The position numbers and the translations under genes are program-made. Source: Nitrospirales bacterium (GTDB lineage: Bacteria; Nitrospirota; Nitrospiria; Nitrospirales; UBA8639). From it: DNA of 64,000 nucleotides. Shown here one piece after another: positions 1-13,700 of the stretch (its first letter is position 1; the number at the start of each line of letters is the position of its first letter). The notes under the pieces are model-generated. The model did no database searches, was not told the origin of the DNA, and saw nothing but the letters and a program-made list of their open reading frames with translations. Location: contig CBDBCZ010000008.1 of assembly GCA_965203295.1 (NCBI GenBank), positions 143,040 through 207,039 of the forward strand. The letters are read 5' to 3'.

Positions 1-343
1 AGTCTTACATGTATAGTACCATAGTACCAGGAGCACATTGAGCCTGCAAAGCCATCAGGGGTGCATTAGCTTTATGCTCAGGCCTCTCTGTGCCACTGTT
101 TTTACACTGAGAAGAAATCACTAAGGTGCACGTGGTTAGCTACTTTGGTGAAACTGGTAGCCAAATCATGCAGTTATTCAGCCCATATGTAACCTCGCTC
201 CCAGACCCATGCCATTTTTGGTTATATACACGAAAGCTGTTTTCCTGCAACCAAAAAAGTTGTGGGCCTGGGAATGAGGGTAACCCATTATGTACATACT
301 TAAAATGCCAATAGTAAGTGATCAGTGATTGCCAAATTAAAAG

Positions 344-465
<122 letters not shown>

Positions 466-471
466 ATGCAG

Positions 472-813
472 GTACTCCTTAACATGTTAGACTACGATAT
501 GGATCCACAGGAAGCTCTAGATGCTCCAAGATTCTGCATCACTCCTGGCAGCTCAGACCAGCTCACCCAGGGAGCCATTGCCCTGGAAGAAGGCATTTCG
601 CCAGAAGCCATCTCGAGACTAAAAGCGATGGGTCACAATGTGCAAGGACCCGTAACGGGTCACAGCAGGGCCGTGTTTGGTAGAGGGCAGATCATTGGCT
701 CGCGGCCTGTTGAGTTGGAGATGAAGAGTGGTGGTACTGGGAGTCGGGAGAGGACGAACGTTTGGTGGGCTGGCTCCGATGGCAGGGCAGATGGTATGGC
801 TGTGGGATACTAG
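472..813 (+). CDS. Terminal coding exon of gamma-glutamyltransferase / glutathione hydrolase (YwrD-like), small-subunit C-terminus; upstream exons outside the window
   Basis: Acceptor cag at 469-471. Translation VLLNMLDYDMDPQEALDAPRF...LEEGI...LKAMGH...FGRGQII...GSDGRADGMAVGY* matches GGT small-subunit C-terminal motifs. Stop TAG at 811-813. Confidence 0.88.
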   Translation, partial: VLLNMLDYDMDPQEALDAPRFCITPGSSDQLTQGAIALEEGISPEAISRLKAMGHNVQGPVTGHSRAVFGRGQIIGSRPVELEMKSGGTGSRERTNVWWAGSDGRADGMAVGY

Positions 814-1072
814 CTGGCCCCATTTTTTTTTACTGACTTAATTGGCTGTGAAAATATTGAGGTTGAGTGTACAGTGGATTGTGTGGTATGTAATTGGGCC
901 TGTCGAATTTTTTTATGCTATGTATACTATTTGTTGGGTTTTTCTTTTGGTTGTATTGCATGTGGTGATTATGCCATTGCAAACTCTGTTTATGGGCATC
1001 TTTATTATCATCATTAGTGTTGTACTTGTGGTTGATAAAAAAAAAAATTGTAAGGTCCTTGAGAGTATATAT

Positions 1073-1279
1073 CAGGGTTCTGCCCACACTGGTCGGCAGT
1101 GGTCGGGTCTAACCACCACTGAGCTTTTTTGACCACCACTCAGCCTCTTTGACCACCACTCAGCTAATGTTTAACTCTATTACAGTATTTTTGATATAGA
1201 AGAAAGTCTGTCTAGCTAGAAGAAATGTCTTGGAGATTGAATTTTGACCACCACTCAACGTCTCCTAGGCAGAACCCTG
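1073..1279. mobile_element. MITE with 12-bp TIRs (hAT-like CAG terminus)
   Basis: cagggttctgcc (1073-1084) and ggcagaaccctg (1268-1279); internal accaccact motif four times; (TA)-rich flanks give only an imperfect 8-bp TSD (gtatatat/atatatac). Confidence 0.7.
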
Positions 1280-1740
1280 ATATATACAGAACTGTTTGCG
1301 TTGCGTAGCATAATAGGTAATTACAAACTGGTCCCCAGTGTGTAAGGGGAACAGCCTGGCATTCGAAACCAAAATATCTTATACCATGCACAGGTTCTCT
1401 CAAACTGTTCAGCGTTGCATGTAGCTACAGAATTCGAAGCTGCATATAATTTCTCCGCAAGCAAAGCAAGAGACTCACGTCTGTGCTCACTACGAGCCTT
1501 GGCTGGCTCAGTCCTGTACAGCACCAGTCCGCTAGCTTGGCGGGTATACACTGCCTGCTGAGACAAACTGGTATCCCGAACCAGTATGGGAACGAGACCA
1601 CGCCCAGTATAGGAACGAGACCACGCCAAGCCTGGTCTTAGGCACCATACACACAATCAGATGGCCACTGTTTTTCAAGGCAATGCTTTTAACATGATTA
1701 AAATTCTTAAAAAAACACCGGGAAATAGAATTTCCTGGGG

Positions 1741-4700
1741 GGCCGTCAGGAATTTTTGTTCCCCGGGGAACGAAATTTCACGATGGATCAGCCGGGAATT
1801 TTTGTTCCCCGGGGAACGCAATTTTTCGGTGGATCAGCCGGTAATTTTAGTTCCCCGGGGAACGGAATTTCACGATGGATCTGTTGGAAATTTTCGTTCC
1901 CCGGGGAACGGAATTTTTCGGTGAATCAGCCAGGAATTTTTGTTCACCGGAGAACGAAATTTCACGGCGGATCAGCCGGGAATTTTTGTTCCCCGGGGAA
2001 CGGAATTTTTCGGTGAATCAGCCGGTAATTTTTGTTCCCCGGGGAACGAAATTTCACGGTGGATCTGTTGGAAATTTTCGTTCCCCGGGGAACGGAATTT
2101 TTCGGTTGAATCAGCCGGTAATTTTCGTTCCCCGGGGAACAAAATTTCACGGTGGACCTGTTGGAAATTTTCGTTCCCCGGGGAACGAAATTTCACGGTG
2201 GATCTGTTGGAAATTTTCGTTCCCCGGGTAACGAAATTTCACGGTGGATCAGTTGGAAATTTTCGTTCCCCGGGAACGGAATTTTTCGGTTTAATCAGCC
2301 GGTAATTTTCGTTCCCCGGGGAACGAAATTTCACGGTGGATCTGTTGGAAATTTTCGTTCCCCGGGGAACGGAATTTTTCGGTTGAATCAGCCGGTAATT
2401 TTCGTTCCCCGGGGAATGAAATTTCACGGTGGATCTGTTGGAAATTTTCGTTCCCCGGGAACGAAATTTCACGGTGGATCAGTTGGTAATTTTCGTTCCC
2501 CGGGGAACGAAATTTTACGGTGGATCTGTTGAAAATTTTCGTTCCCCGGGGAACGGAATTTCTCGGTGGATCAGCCGGGAATTTTCGTTCCCCGGGGAAC
2601 GAAATTTCACGGTGGATCAGTTGGTAATTTTCGTTTCCCGGGGAACGAAATTTCACGGTGGATCTGTTGAAAATTTTCGTTCCCCAGGGAACGAAATTTC
2701 ACGGTGGATCTGTTGGAAATTTTCGTTCCCCGGGGAACGAAATTTCACGGTGGATCTGTTGGAAATTTTCGTTCCCCGGGGAACGGAATTTTTCGGTGGA
2801 TCAGCCGGAAATTTTCGTTCCCCGGGGAACTAAATTTCACGGTGGATCTGTTGGAAATTTTCGTTCCCCGGGGAACAAAATTTCACGGTGGATCTGTTAA
2901 AAATTTTCGTTCCCCGGGGAACAGAATTTTTCGATGGATCAGCCGGGAATTTTCGTTCCCCGGGGAACGAAATTTCACGGTGGATCAGTTGGTAATTTTC
3001 GTTTCCCGGGGAACGAAATTTCACGGTGGATCTGTTGAAAATTTTCGTTCCCCAGGGAACGAAATTTCACGGTGGATCAGTTGGTAATTTTCGTTTCCCG
3101 GGGAACGAAATTTCACGGTGGATCTGTTGAAAATTTTCGTTCCCCGGAGAACGAAATTTCACGGTGGATCTGTTGGAAATTTTCGTTCCCCGGGGAACGA
3201 AATTTCACGGTGGATCTGTTAAAAATTTTCGTTCCCCAGAAAACAGAATTTTTCGGTGGATCAGCCGGGAATTTTCGTTCCCCGGGGAACGAAATTTCAC
3301 GGTGGATCTGTTGGAAATTTTCGTTCCCCGGAGAACGAAATTTCACGGTGGATCTGTTGAAAATTTTCGTTCCCCAGGGAACGAAATTTCACGGTGGATC
3401 AGTTGGTAATTTTCGTTTCCCGGGGAACGAAATTTCACGGTGGATCTGTTGAAAATTTTCGTTCCCCGGAGAACGAAATTTCACGGTGGATCTGTTGGAA
3501 ATTTTCGTTCCCCGGGGAACGAAATTTCACGGTGGATCTGTTAAAAATTTTCGTTCCCCAGAAAACAGAATTTTTCGGTGGATCAGCCGGGAATTTTCGT
3601 TCCCCGGGGAACGAAATTTCACGGTGGATCTGTTGGAAATTTTCGTTCCCCGGAGGACGAAATTTCACGGTGGATCTGTTGGAAATTTTCGTTCCCTGGG
3701 GAACGGAATTTTTTGGTGGATCAGCCGGGAATTTTCGTTCCCCGGGGAACGAAATTTCACGGTGGATCTGTTGGAAATTTTCGTTCCCCGGGGAACAAAA
3801 TTTCACGGTGGATCTGTTAAAAATTTTCGTTCCCCGGGGAACAGAATTTTTCGATGGATCAGCCGGGAATTTTCGTTCCCCGGGGAACGAAATTTCACGG
3901 TGGATCAGTTGGTAATTTTCGTTTCCCGGGGAACGAAATTTCACGGTGGATCTGTTGAAAATTTTCGTTCCCCAGGGAACGAAATTTCACGGTGGATCAG
4001 TTGGTAATTTTCGTTTCCCGGGGAACGAAATTTCACGGTGGATCTGTTGAAAATTTTCGTTCCCCGGAGAACGAAATTTCACGGTGGATCTGTTGGAAAT
4101 TTTCGTTCCCCGGGGAACGAAATTTCACGGTGGATCTGTTAAAAATTTTCGTTCCCCAGAAAACAGAATTTTTCGGTGGATCAGCCGGGAATTTTCGTTC
4201 CCCGGGGAACGAAATTTCACGGTGGATCTGTTGGAAATTTTCGTTCCCCGGAGAACGAAATTTCACGGTGGATCTGTTGGAAATTTTCGTTCCCTGGGGA
4301 ACGGAATTTTTTGGTGGATCAGCCGGGAATTTTCGTTCCCCGGGGAACGAAATTTCACGGTGGATCTGTTGGAAATTTTCATTCCCCGGGGAACGGAATT
4401 TTTCGGTGGTTCAGCCGGGAATTTTCGTTCCCCGGGGAACGAAATTTCACGGTGGATCAGTTGGAAATTTTCGTTCCCCGGGGAACAAAATTTCACGGTG
4501 GATCTGTTGGAAATTTTCGTTCCCCGGGGAACGGAATTTTTCGGTGGATCAGCCGGGAATTTTCGTTCCCCGGGGAACGAAATTTCACGGTGGATCTGTT
4601 GGAAATTTTCGTTCCCCGGAGAACGAAATTTCACGGTGGATCTGTTGGAAATTTTCGTTCCCCGGGGAACAAAATTTCACGGTGGATCTGTTAAAAATTT

Positions 4701-7700
4701 TCGTTCCCCGGGGAACAGAATTTTTCGGTGGATCAGCCGGGAATTTTCGTTCCCCGGGGAACGAAATTTCACGGTGGATCTGTTGGAAATTTTCGTTCCC
4801 CGGAGAACGAAATTTCATGGTGGATCTGTTGGAAATTTTCGTTCCCCGGGGAACGGAATTTTTCGGTGGATCAGCCGGGAATTTTCGTTCCCCGGGGAAC
4901 GAAATTTCACGGTGGATCAGTTGGAAATTTTCGTTCCCCGGGGAACGGAATTTTTCGGTTGAATCAGCCAGTAATTTTCGTTCCCCGGAGAACGAAATTT
5001 CACGGTGGATCTGTTGGAATTTTTCGTTCCCCGGGGAACGTTTTTCGGTGAATCAGCCGGGAATTTTCGTTCCCCGGGGAACGAAATTTCACGGTGGATC
5101 TGTTGGAAATTTTCGTTCCCCGGGGAACAAAATTTCACGGTGGATCTGTTGGAAATTTTCGTTCCCCGGGGAACGGAATTTTTCGGTGGATCAGCCGGGA
5201 ATTTTCGTTCCCCGGGGAACGAAATTTCACGGTGGATCTGTTGGAAATTTTCGTTCCCCGGAGAACGAAATTTCACGGTGGATCTGTTGGAAATTTTCGT
5301 TCCCCGGGGAACAAAATTTCACGGTGGATCTGTTAAAAATTTTCGTTCCCCGGGGAACAGAATTTTTCGGTGGATCAGCCGGGAATTTTCGTTCCCCGGG
5401 GAACGAAATTTCACGGTGGATCTGTTGGAAATTTTCGTTCCCCGGAGAACGAAATTTCATGGTGGATCTGTTGGAAATTTTCGTTCCCCGGGGAACGGAA
5501 TTTTTCGGTGGATCAGCCGGGAATTTTCGTTCCCCGGGGAACGAAATTTCACGGTGGATCAGTTGGAAATTTTCGTTCCCCGGGGAACGGAATTTTTCGG
5601 TTGAATCAGCCAGTAATTTTCGTTCCCCGGAGAACGAAATTTCACGGTGGATCTGTTGGAATTTTTCGTTCCCCGGGGAACGTTTTTCGGTGAATCAGCC
5701 GGGAATTTTCGTTCCCCGGGGAACGAAATTTCACGGTGGATCTGTTGGAAATTTTCGTTCCCCGGGGAACGGAATTTTTCGGTGGATCAGCCGGAAATTT
5801 TCATTCCCCGGGGAACGAAATTTCACGGTGGATCTGTTGGAAATTTTCGTTCCCCGGGGAACAAAATTTCACGGTGGATCTGTTAAAAATTTTCGTTCCC
5901 CGGGGAACAGAATTTTTCGGTGGATCAACCGGGAATTTTCGTTCCCCGGGGAACGAAATTTCACGGTGGATCTGTTGGAAATTTTCGTTCCCCGGAGAAC
6001 GAAATTTCACGGTGGATCTGTTGGAAATTTTCGTTCCCCGGGGAACAAAATTTCACGGTGGATCTGTTAAAAATTTTCGTTCCCCGGGGAACAGAATTTT
6101 TCGGTGGATCAGCCGGGAATTTTCGTTCCCCGGGGAACGAAATTTCACGGTGGATCTGTTGGAAATTTTCGTTCCCCGGAGAAAGAAATTTCATGGTGGA
6201 TCTGTTGGAAATTTTCGTTCCCCGGGGAACGGAATTTTTCGGTGAATCAGCAGGGAATTTTCGTTCCCCGGGGAACGAAATTTCACGGTGGATCTGTTGG
6301 AAATTTTCGTTCCCCGGAGAACGAAATTTCACGGTGGATCTGTTGGAAATTTTCGTTCCCCGGGGAACAAAATTTCACGGTGGATCTGTTAAAAATTTTC
6401 GTTCCCCGGGGAACAGAATTTTTCGGTGGATCAGCCGGGAATTTTCGTTCCCCGGGGAACGAAATTTCACGGTGGATCTGTTGGAAATTTTCGTTCCCCG
6501 GAGAAAGAAATTTCATGGTGGATCTGTTGGAAATTTTCGTTCCCCGGGGAACGGAATTTTTCGGTGAATCAGCAGGGAATTTTCGTTCCCCGGGGAACGA
6601 AATTTCACGGTGGATCTGTTGGAAATTTTCGTTCCCCGGGGAACAGAATTTTTCGGTTGAATCAGCCAGTAATTTTCGTTCCTCGGGGAACGAAATTTCA
6701 CGGTGGATCTGTTGGAATTTTTCGTTCCCCGGGGAACGTTTTTCGGTGAATCAGCCGGGAATTTTCGTTCCCCGGGGAACGAAATTTCACGGTGGATAAG
6801 TTGGAAATTTTCGTTCCCCAGGGAACGGAATTTTTCGGTTGAATCAGCCGGTAATTTTCGTTCCCCGGGGAACAAAATTTCACGGTGGATCAGTTGGAAA
6901 TTTTCGTTCCCCGGGGAACGAAATTTCATGGTGGATCAGTTGGAAATTTTCGTTCCCCGGGAACGGAATTTTTCGGTTGAATCAGCCGGTAATTTTCGTT
7001 CCCCGGGGAACGAAATTTCACGGTGGATCTGTTGGAAATTTTCGTTCCCCGGGGAATGGAATTTTTCGGTTGAATCAGCTGGTAATTTTCGTTCCCTGGG
7101 GAACGAAATTTCACGGTGGATCTGTTGGAAATTTTCGTTCCCCGGGGAACGAAATTTCACGGTGGATCTGTTAAAAATTTTCGTTCCCCGGAGAACGAAA
7201 TTTCATGGTGGATCTGTTGGAAATTTTCGTTCCCCGAGGAACGGAATTTTTCGGTGGATCAGCCGGGAATTTTCGTTTCCCGGGGAACGAAATTTCACGG
7301 TGGATCTGTTGGAAATTTTCGTTCCCCGGGGAACGGAATTTCACGGTGGATCAGTTGGAAATTTTCGTTCCCCGGGGAACAAAATTTCACGGTGGATCTG
7401 TTGGAAATTTTCGTTCCCCGGGGAACGGAATTTTTCGGTGGATCAGCCGGGAATTTTCGTTCCCCGGGGAACGAAATTTCACTGTGGATCTGTTGGAAAT
7501 TTTCGTTCCCCGGGGAACGGAATTTTTCGGTTGAATCAGCCGGTAATTTTCGTTCCCTGGGGAACGAAATTTCACGGTGGATCTGTTGGAAATTTTCGTT
7601 CCCCGGGGAACGAAATTTCACGGTGGATCTGTTAAAAATTTTCATTCCCCGGGGAACAGAATTTTTCGGTGGATCAGCCGGGAATTTTCGTTCCCCGGGG

Positions 7701-10700
7701 AACGAAATTTCACGGTGGATCTGTTGGAAATTTTCATTCCCCGGGGAACAGAATTTTTCGGTGGTTCAGCCGGGAATTTTCGTTCCACCATGAAATTTCG
7801 ATCCACCATGAAATTTCGTTCCCCGGGGAACGAAATTTCATGGTGGATCAGTTGGAAATTTTCGTTCCCCGGGAACGAAATTTTTCCGTTGAATCAGCCG
7901 GTAATTTTCGTTCCCCGGGGAACGAAATTTCACGGTGGATCTGTTGGAAATTTTCGTTCCCCGGGGAACGGAATTTTTCGGTTGAATCAGCCGGTAATTT
8001 TCGTTCCCTGGGGAACGAAATTTCACGGTGGATCTGTTGGAAATTTTCGTTCACCGGGGAACGAAATTTCACGGTGGATCTGTTAAAAATTTTTCGTTTC
8101 CCGGGGAACAGAATTTTTCGGTGGATCAGCCGGGAATTTTCGTTCCCCGGGGAACGAAATTTCACGGTGGATCTGTTGGAAATTTTCATTCCCCGGGGAA
8201 CGGAATTTTTCGGTGGTTCAGCCGGGAATTTTCGTTCCCCGGGGAACGCAATTTCACGGTGGATCAGTTGGAAATTTTCGTTCCCCGGGGAACAAAATTT
8301 CACGGTGGATCTGTTGGAAATTTTCGTTCCCCGGGGAACGGAATTTTTCGGTGGTTCAGCCGGGAATTTTCGTTCCCCGGGGAACGAAATTTCACGGTGG
8401 ATCAGTTGGAAATTTTCGTTCCCCGGGGAACAAAATTTCACGGTGGATCTGTTGGAAATTTTCGTTCCCCGGGGAACGGAATTTTTCGGTGGATCAGCCG
8501 GGAATTTTCGTTCCCCGGGGAACGAAATTTCACTGTTGATCTGTTGGAAATTTTCGTTCCCCGGGGAACGGAATTTTTCGGTGGATCAGCCGGGAATTTT
8601 CGTTCCCCGGGGAACGAAATTTCACTGTGGATCTGTTGGAAATTTTCGTTCCCCGGGGAACGGAATTTTTCGGTTGAATCAGCCGGTAATTTTCGTTCCC
8701 TGGGGAACGAAATTTCACGGTGGATCTGTTGGAAATTTTCGTTCCCCGGGGAACGAAATTTCACGGTGGATCTGTTGGAAATTTTCGTTCCCCGGGGAAC
8801 GAAATTTCACGGTGGATCTGTTAAAAATTTTCGTTCCCCAGAAAACAGAATTTTTCGGTGGATCAGCCGGGAATTTTCGTTCCCCGGGGAACGAAATTTC
8901 ACGGTGGATCTGTTGGAAATTTTCGTTCCCCGGAGGACGAAATTTCACGGTGGATCTGTTGGAAATTTTCGTTCCCTGGGGAACGGAATTTTTTGGTGGA
9001 TCAGCCGGGAATTTTCGTTCCCCGGGGAACGAAATTTCACGGTGGATCTGTTGGAAATTTTCGTTCCCCGGGGAACAAAATTTCACGGTGGATCTGTTAA
9101 AAATTTTCGTTCCCCGGGGAACAGAATTTTTCGATGGATCAGCCGGGAATTTTCGTTCCCCGGGGAACGAAATTTCACGGTGGATCAGTTGGTAATTTTC
9201 GTTTCCCGGGGAACGAAATTTCACGGTGGATCTGTTGAAAATTTTCGTTCCCCAGGGAACGAAATTTCACGGTGGATCAGTTGGTAATTTTCGTTTCCCG
9301 GGGAACGAAATTTCACGGTGGATCTGTTGAAAATTTTCGTTCCCCGGAGAACGAAATTTCACGGTGGATCTGTTGGAAATTTTCGTTCCCCGGGGAACGA
9401 AATTTCACGGTGGATCTGTTAAAAATTTTCGTTCCCCAGAAAACAGAATTTTTCGGTGGATCAGCCGGGAATTTTCGTTCCCCGGGGAACGAAATTTCAC
9501 GGTGGATCTGTTGGAAATTTTCGTTCCCCGGAGAACGAAATTTCACGGTGGATCTGTTGGAAATTTTCGTTCCCTGGGGAACGGAATTTTTTGGTGGATC
9601 AGCCGGGAATTTTCGTTCCCCGGGGAACGAAATTTCACGGTGGATCTGTTGGAAATTTTCATTCCCCGGGGAACGGAATTTTTCGGTGGTTCAGCCGGGA
9701 ATTTTCGTTCCCCGGGGAACGAAATTTCACGGTGGATCAGTTGGAAATTTTCGTTCCCCGGGGAACAAAATTTCACGGTGGATCTGTTGGAAATTTTCGT
9801 TCCCCGGGGAACGGAATTTTTCGGTGGATCAGCCGGGAATTTTCGTTCCCCGGGGAACGAAATTTCACGGTGGATCTGTTGGAAATTTTCGTTCCCCGGA
9901 GAACGAAATTTCACGGTGGATCTGTTGGAAATTTTCGTTCCCCGGGGAACAAAATTTCACGGTGGATCTGTTAAAAATTTTCGTTCCCCGGGGAACAGAA
10001 TTTTTCGGTGGATCAGCCGGGAATTTTCGTTCCCCGGGGAACGAAATTTCACGGTGGATCTGTTGGAAATTTTCGTTCCCCGGAGAACGAAATTTCATGG
10101 TGGATCTGTTGGAAATTTTCGTTCCCCGGGGAACGGAATTTTTCGGTGGATCAGCCGGGAATTTTCGTTCCCCGGGGAACGAAATTTCACGGTGGATCAG
10201 TTGGAAATTTTCGTTCCCCGGGGAACGGAATTTTTCGGTTGAATCAGCCAGTAATTTTCGTTCCCCGGAGAACGAAATTTCACGGTGGATCTGTTGGAAT
10301 TTTTCGTTCCCCGGGGAACGTTTTTCGGTGAATCAGCCGGGAATTTTCGTTCCCCGGGGAACGAAATTTCACGGTGGATCTGTTGGAAATTTTCGTTCCC
10401 CGGGGAACAAAATTTTCGGTGGATCAGCCGGGAATTTTCGTTCCCCGGGGAACGAAATTTCACGGTGGATCTGTTGGAAATTTTCGTTCCCCGGGGAACG
10501 GAATTTTTCGGTGGATCAGCCGGGAATTTTCGTTCCCCGGGGAACGAAATTTCACGGTGGATCTGTTGGAAATTTTCGTTCCCCGGAGAACGAAATTTCA
10601 CGGTGGATCTGTTGGAAATTGGATCTGTTGGAAATTTTCGTTCCCCGGGGAACAAAATTTCACGGTGGATCTGTTAAAAATTTTCGTTCCCCGGGGAACA

Positions 10701-13700
10701 GAATTTTTCGGTGGATCAGCCGGGAATTTTCGTTCCCCGGGGAACGAAATTTCACGGTGGATCTGTTGGAAATTTTTCGTTCCCCGGAGAACGAAATTTC
10801 ATGGTGGATCTGTTGGAAATTTTCGTTCCCCGGGGAACGGAATTTTTCGGTGGATCAGCCGGGAATTTTCGTTCCCCGGGGAACGAAATTTCACGGTGGA
10901 TCAGTTGGAAATTTTCGTTCCCCGGGGAACGGAATTTTTCGTTGGAATTTTTCGTTGAATTTCACGGTGGATCAGCCAGTAATTTTCGTTCCCCGGAGAA
11001 CGAAATTTCACGGTGGATCTGTTGGAATTTTTCGTTCCCCGGGGAACGTTTTTCGGTGAATCAGCCGGGAATTTTCGTTCCCCGGGGAACGAAATTTCAC
11101 GGTGGATCTGTTCCCCGGGGAAATTTTCGTTCCCCGGGGAACGGAATTTTTCGGTGGATCAGCCGGAAATTTTCATTCCCCGGGGAACGAAATTTCACGG
11201 TGGATCTGTTGGAAATTTTCGTTCCCCGGGGAACAAAATTTCACGGTGGATCTGTTAAAAATTTTCGTTCCCCGGGGAACAGAATTTTTCCCCGGTGGAT
11301 CAACCGGGAATTTTCGTTCCCCGGGGAACGAAATTTCACGGTGGATCTGTTGGAAATTTTCGTTCCCCGGAGAACGAAATTTCACGGTGGATCTGTTGGA
11401 AATTTTCGTTCCCCGGGGAACAAAATTTCACGGTGGATCTGTTAAAAATTTTCGTTCCCGGGGAACAGAATTTTTCGGTGGATCAGCCGGGAATTTTCGT
11501 TCCCCGGGGAACGAAATTTCACGGTGGATCTGTTGGAAATTTTCGTTCCCCGGAGAAAGAAATTTCATGGTGGATCTGTTGGAAATTTTCGTTCCCCGGG
11601 GAACGGAATTTTTCGGTGAATCAGCAGGGAATTTTCGTTCCGGGAAATTTTCGTTCCCCGGGGAACGAAATTTCACGGTGGATCTGTTGGAAATTTTCGT
11701 TCCCCGGAGAACGAAATTTCACGGTGGATCTGTTGGAAATTTTCGTTCCCCGGGGAACAAAATTTCACGGTGGATCTGTTAAAAATTTTCGTTCCCCGGG
11801 GAACAGAATTTTTCGGTGGATCAGCCGGGAATTTTCGTTCCCCGGGGAACGAAATTTCACGGTGGATCTGTTGGAAATTTTCGTTCCCCGGAGAAAGAAA
11901 TTTCATGGTGGATCTGTTGGAAATTTTCGTTCCCCGGGGAACGGAATTTTTCGGTGAATCAGCAGGGAATTTTCGTTCCCCGGGGAACGAAATTTCACGG
12001 TGGATCTGTTGGAAATTTTCGTTCCCCGGGGAACAGAATTTTTCGGTGAATCAGCCAGGAAATTTTCGTTCCCCGGGGAACGAAATTTCACGGTGGATCT
12101 GTTGGAATTTTTCGTTCCCCGGGGAACGTTTTTCGGTTGAATCAGCCGGGAATCAGTTTTCGTTCCCCGGGGAACGAAATTTCACGGTGGATAAGTTGGA
12201 AATTTTCGTTCCCCAGGGAACGGAATTTTTCGGTTGAATCAGCCGGTAATTTTCGTTCCCCGGGGAACAAAATTTCACGGTGGATCAGTTGGAAATTTTC
12301 GTTCCCCGGGGAACGAAATTTCATGGTGGATCAGTTGGAAATTTTCGTTCCCCGGGAACGGAATTTTTCGGTTGAATCAGCCGGTAATTTTCGTTCCCCG
12401 GGGAACGAAATTTCACGGTGGATCTGTTGGAAATTTTCGTTCCCCGGGGAATGGAATTTTTCGGTTGAATCAGCTGGTAATTTTCGTTCCCTGGGGAACG
12501 AAATTTCACGGTGGATCTGTTGGAAATTTTCGTTCCCCGGGGAACGAAATTTCACGGTGGATCTGTTAAAAATTTTCGTTCCCCGGAGAACGAAATTTCA
12601 TGGTGGATCTGTTGGAAATTTTCGTTCCCCGAGGAACGGAATTTTTCGGTGGATCAGCCGGGAATTTTCGTTTCCCGGGGAACGAAATTTCACGGTGGAT
12701 CTGTTGGAAATTTTCGTTCCCCGGGGAACGGAATTTCACGGTGGATCAGTTGGAAATTTTCGTTCCCCGGGGAACAAAATTTCACGGTGGATCTGTTGGG
12801 AATTTTTCGGTGGATCAGCCGGGAATTTTCGTTCCCCGGGGAACGAAATTTCACTGTGGATCTGTTGGAAATTTTCGTTCCCCGGGGAACGGAATTTTTC
12901 GGTTGAATCAGCCGGTAATTTTCGTTCCCTGGGGAACGAAATTTCACGGTGGATCTGTTGGAAATTTTCGTTCCCCGGGGAACGAAATTTCACGGTGGAT
13001 CTGTTAAAAATTTTCATTCCCCGGGGAACAGAATTTTTCGGTGGATCAGCCGGGAATTTTCGTTCCCCGGGGAACGAAATTTCACGGTGGATCTGTTGGA
13101 AATTTTCATTCCCCGGGGAACAGAATTTTTCGGTGGTTCAGCCGGGAATTTTCGTTCCACCATGAAATTTCGATCCACCATGAAATTTCGTTCCCCGGGG
13201 AACGAAATTTCATGGTGGATCAGTTGGAAATTTTCGTTCCCCGGGAACGGAATTTTTCCGTTGAATCAGCCGGTAATTTTCGTTCCCCGGGGAACGAAAT
13301 TTCACGGTGGATCTGTTGGAAATTTTCGTTCCCCGGGGAACGGAATTTTTCGGTTGAATCAGCCGGTAATTTTCGTTCCCTGGGGAACGAAATTTCACGG
13401 TGGATCTGTTGGAAATTTTCGTTCACCGGGGAACGAAATTTCACGGTGGATCTGTTAAAAATTTTTCGTTTCCCGGGGAACAGAATTTTTCGGTGGATCA
13501 GCCGGGAATTTTCGTTCCCCGGGGAACGAAATTTCACGGTGGATCTGTTGGAAATTTTCATTCCCCGGGGAACGGAATTTTTCGGTGGTTCAGCCGGGAA
13601 TTTTCGTTCCCCGGGGAACGCAATTTCACGGTGGATCAGTTGGAAATTTTCGTTCCCCGGGGAACAAAATTTCACGGTGGATCTGTTGGAAATTTTCGTT

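Noticed and set aside
842..1132. Hydrophobic 96-aa ORF as a membrane protein
   Set aside because: TTG start in T-rich sequence directly after the GGT stop (probable 3' UTR), running into a MITE; no recognisable motif
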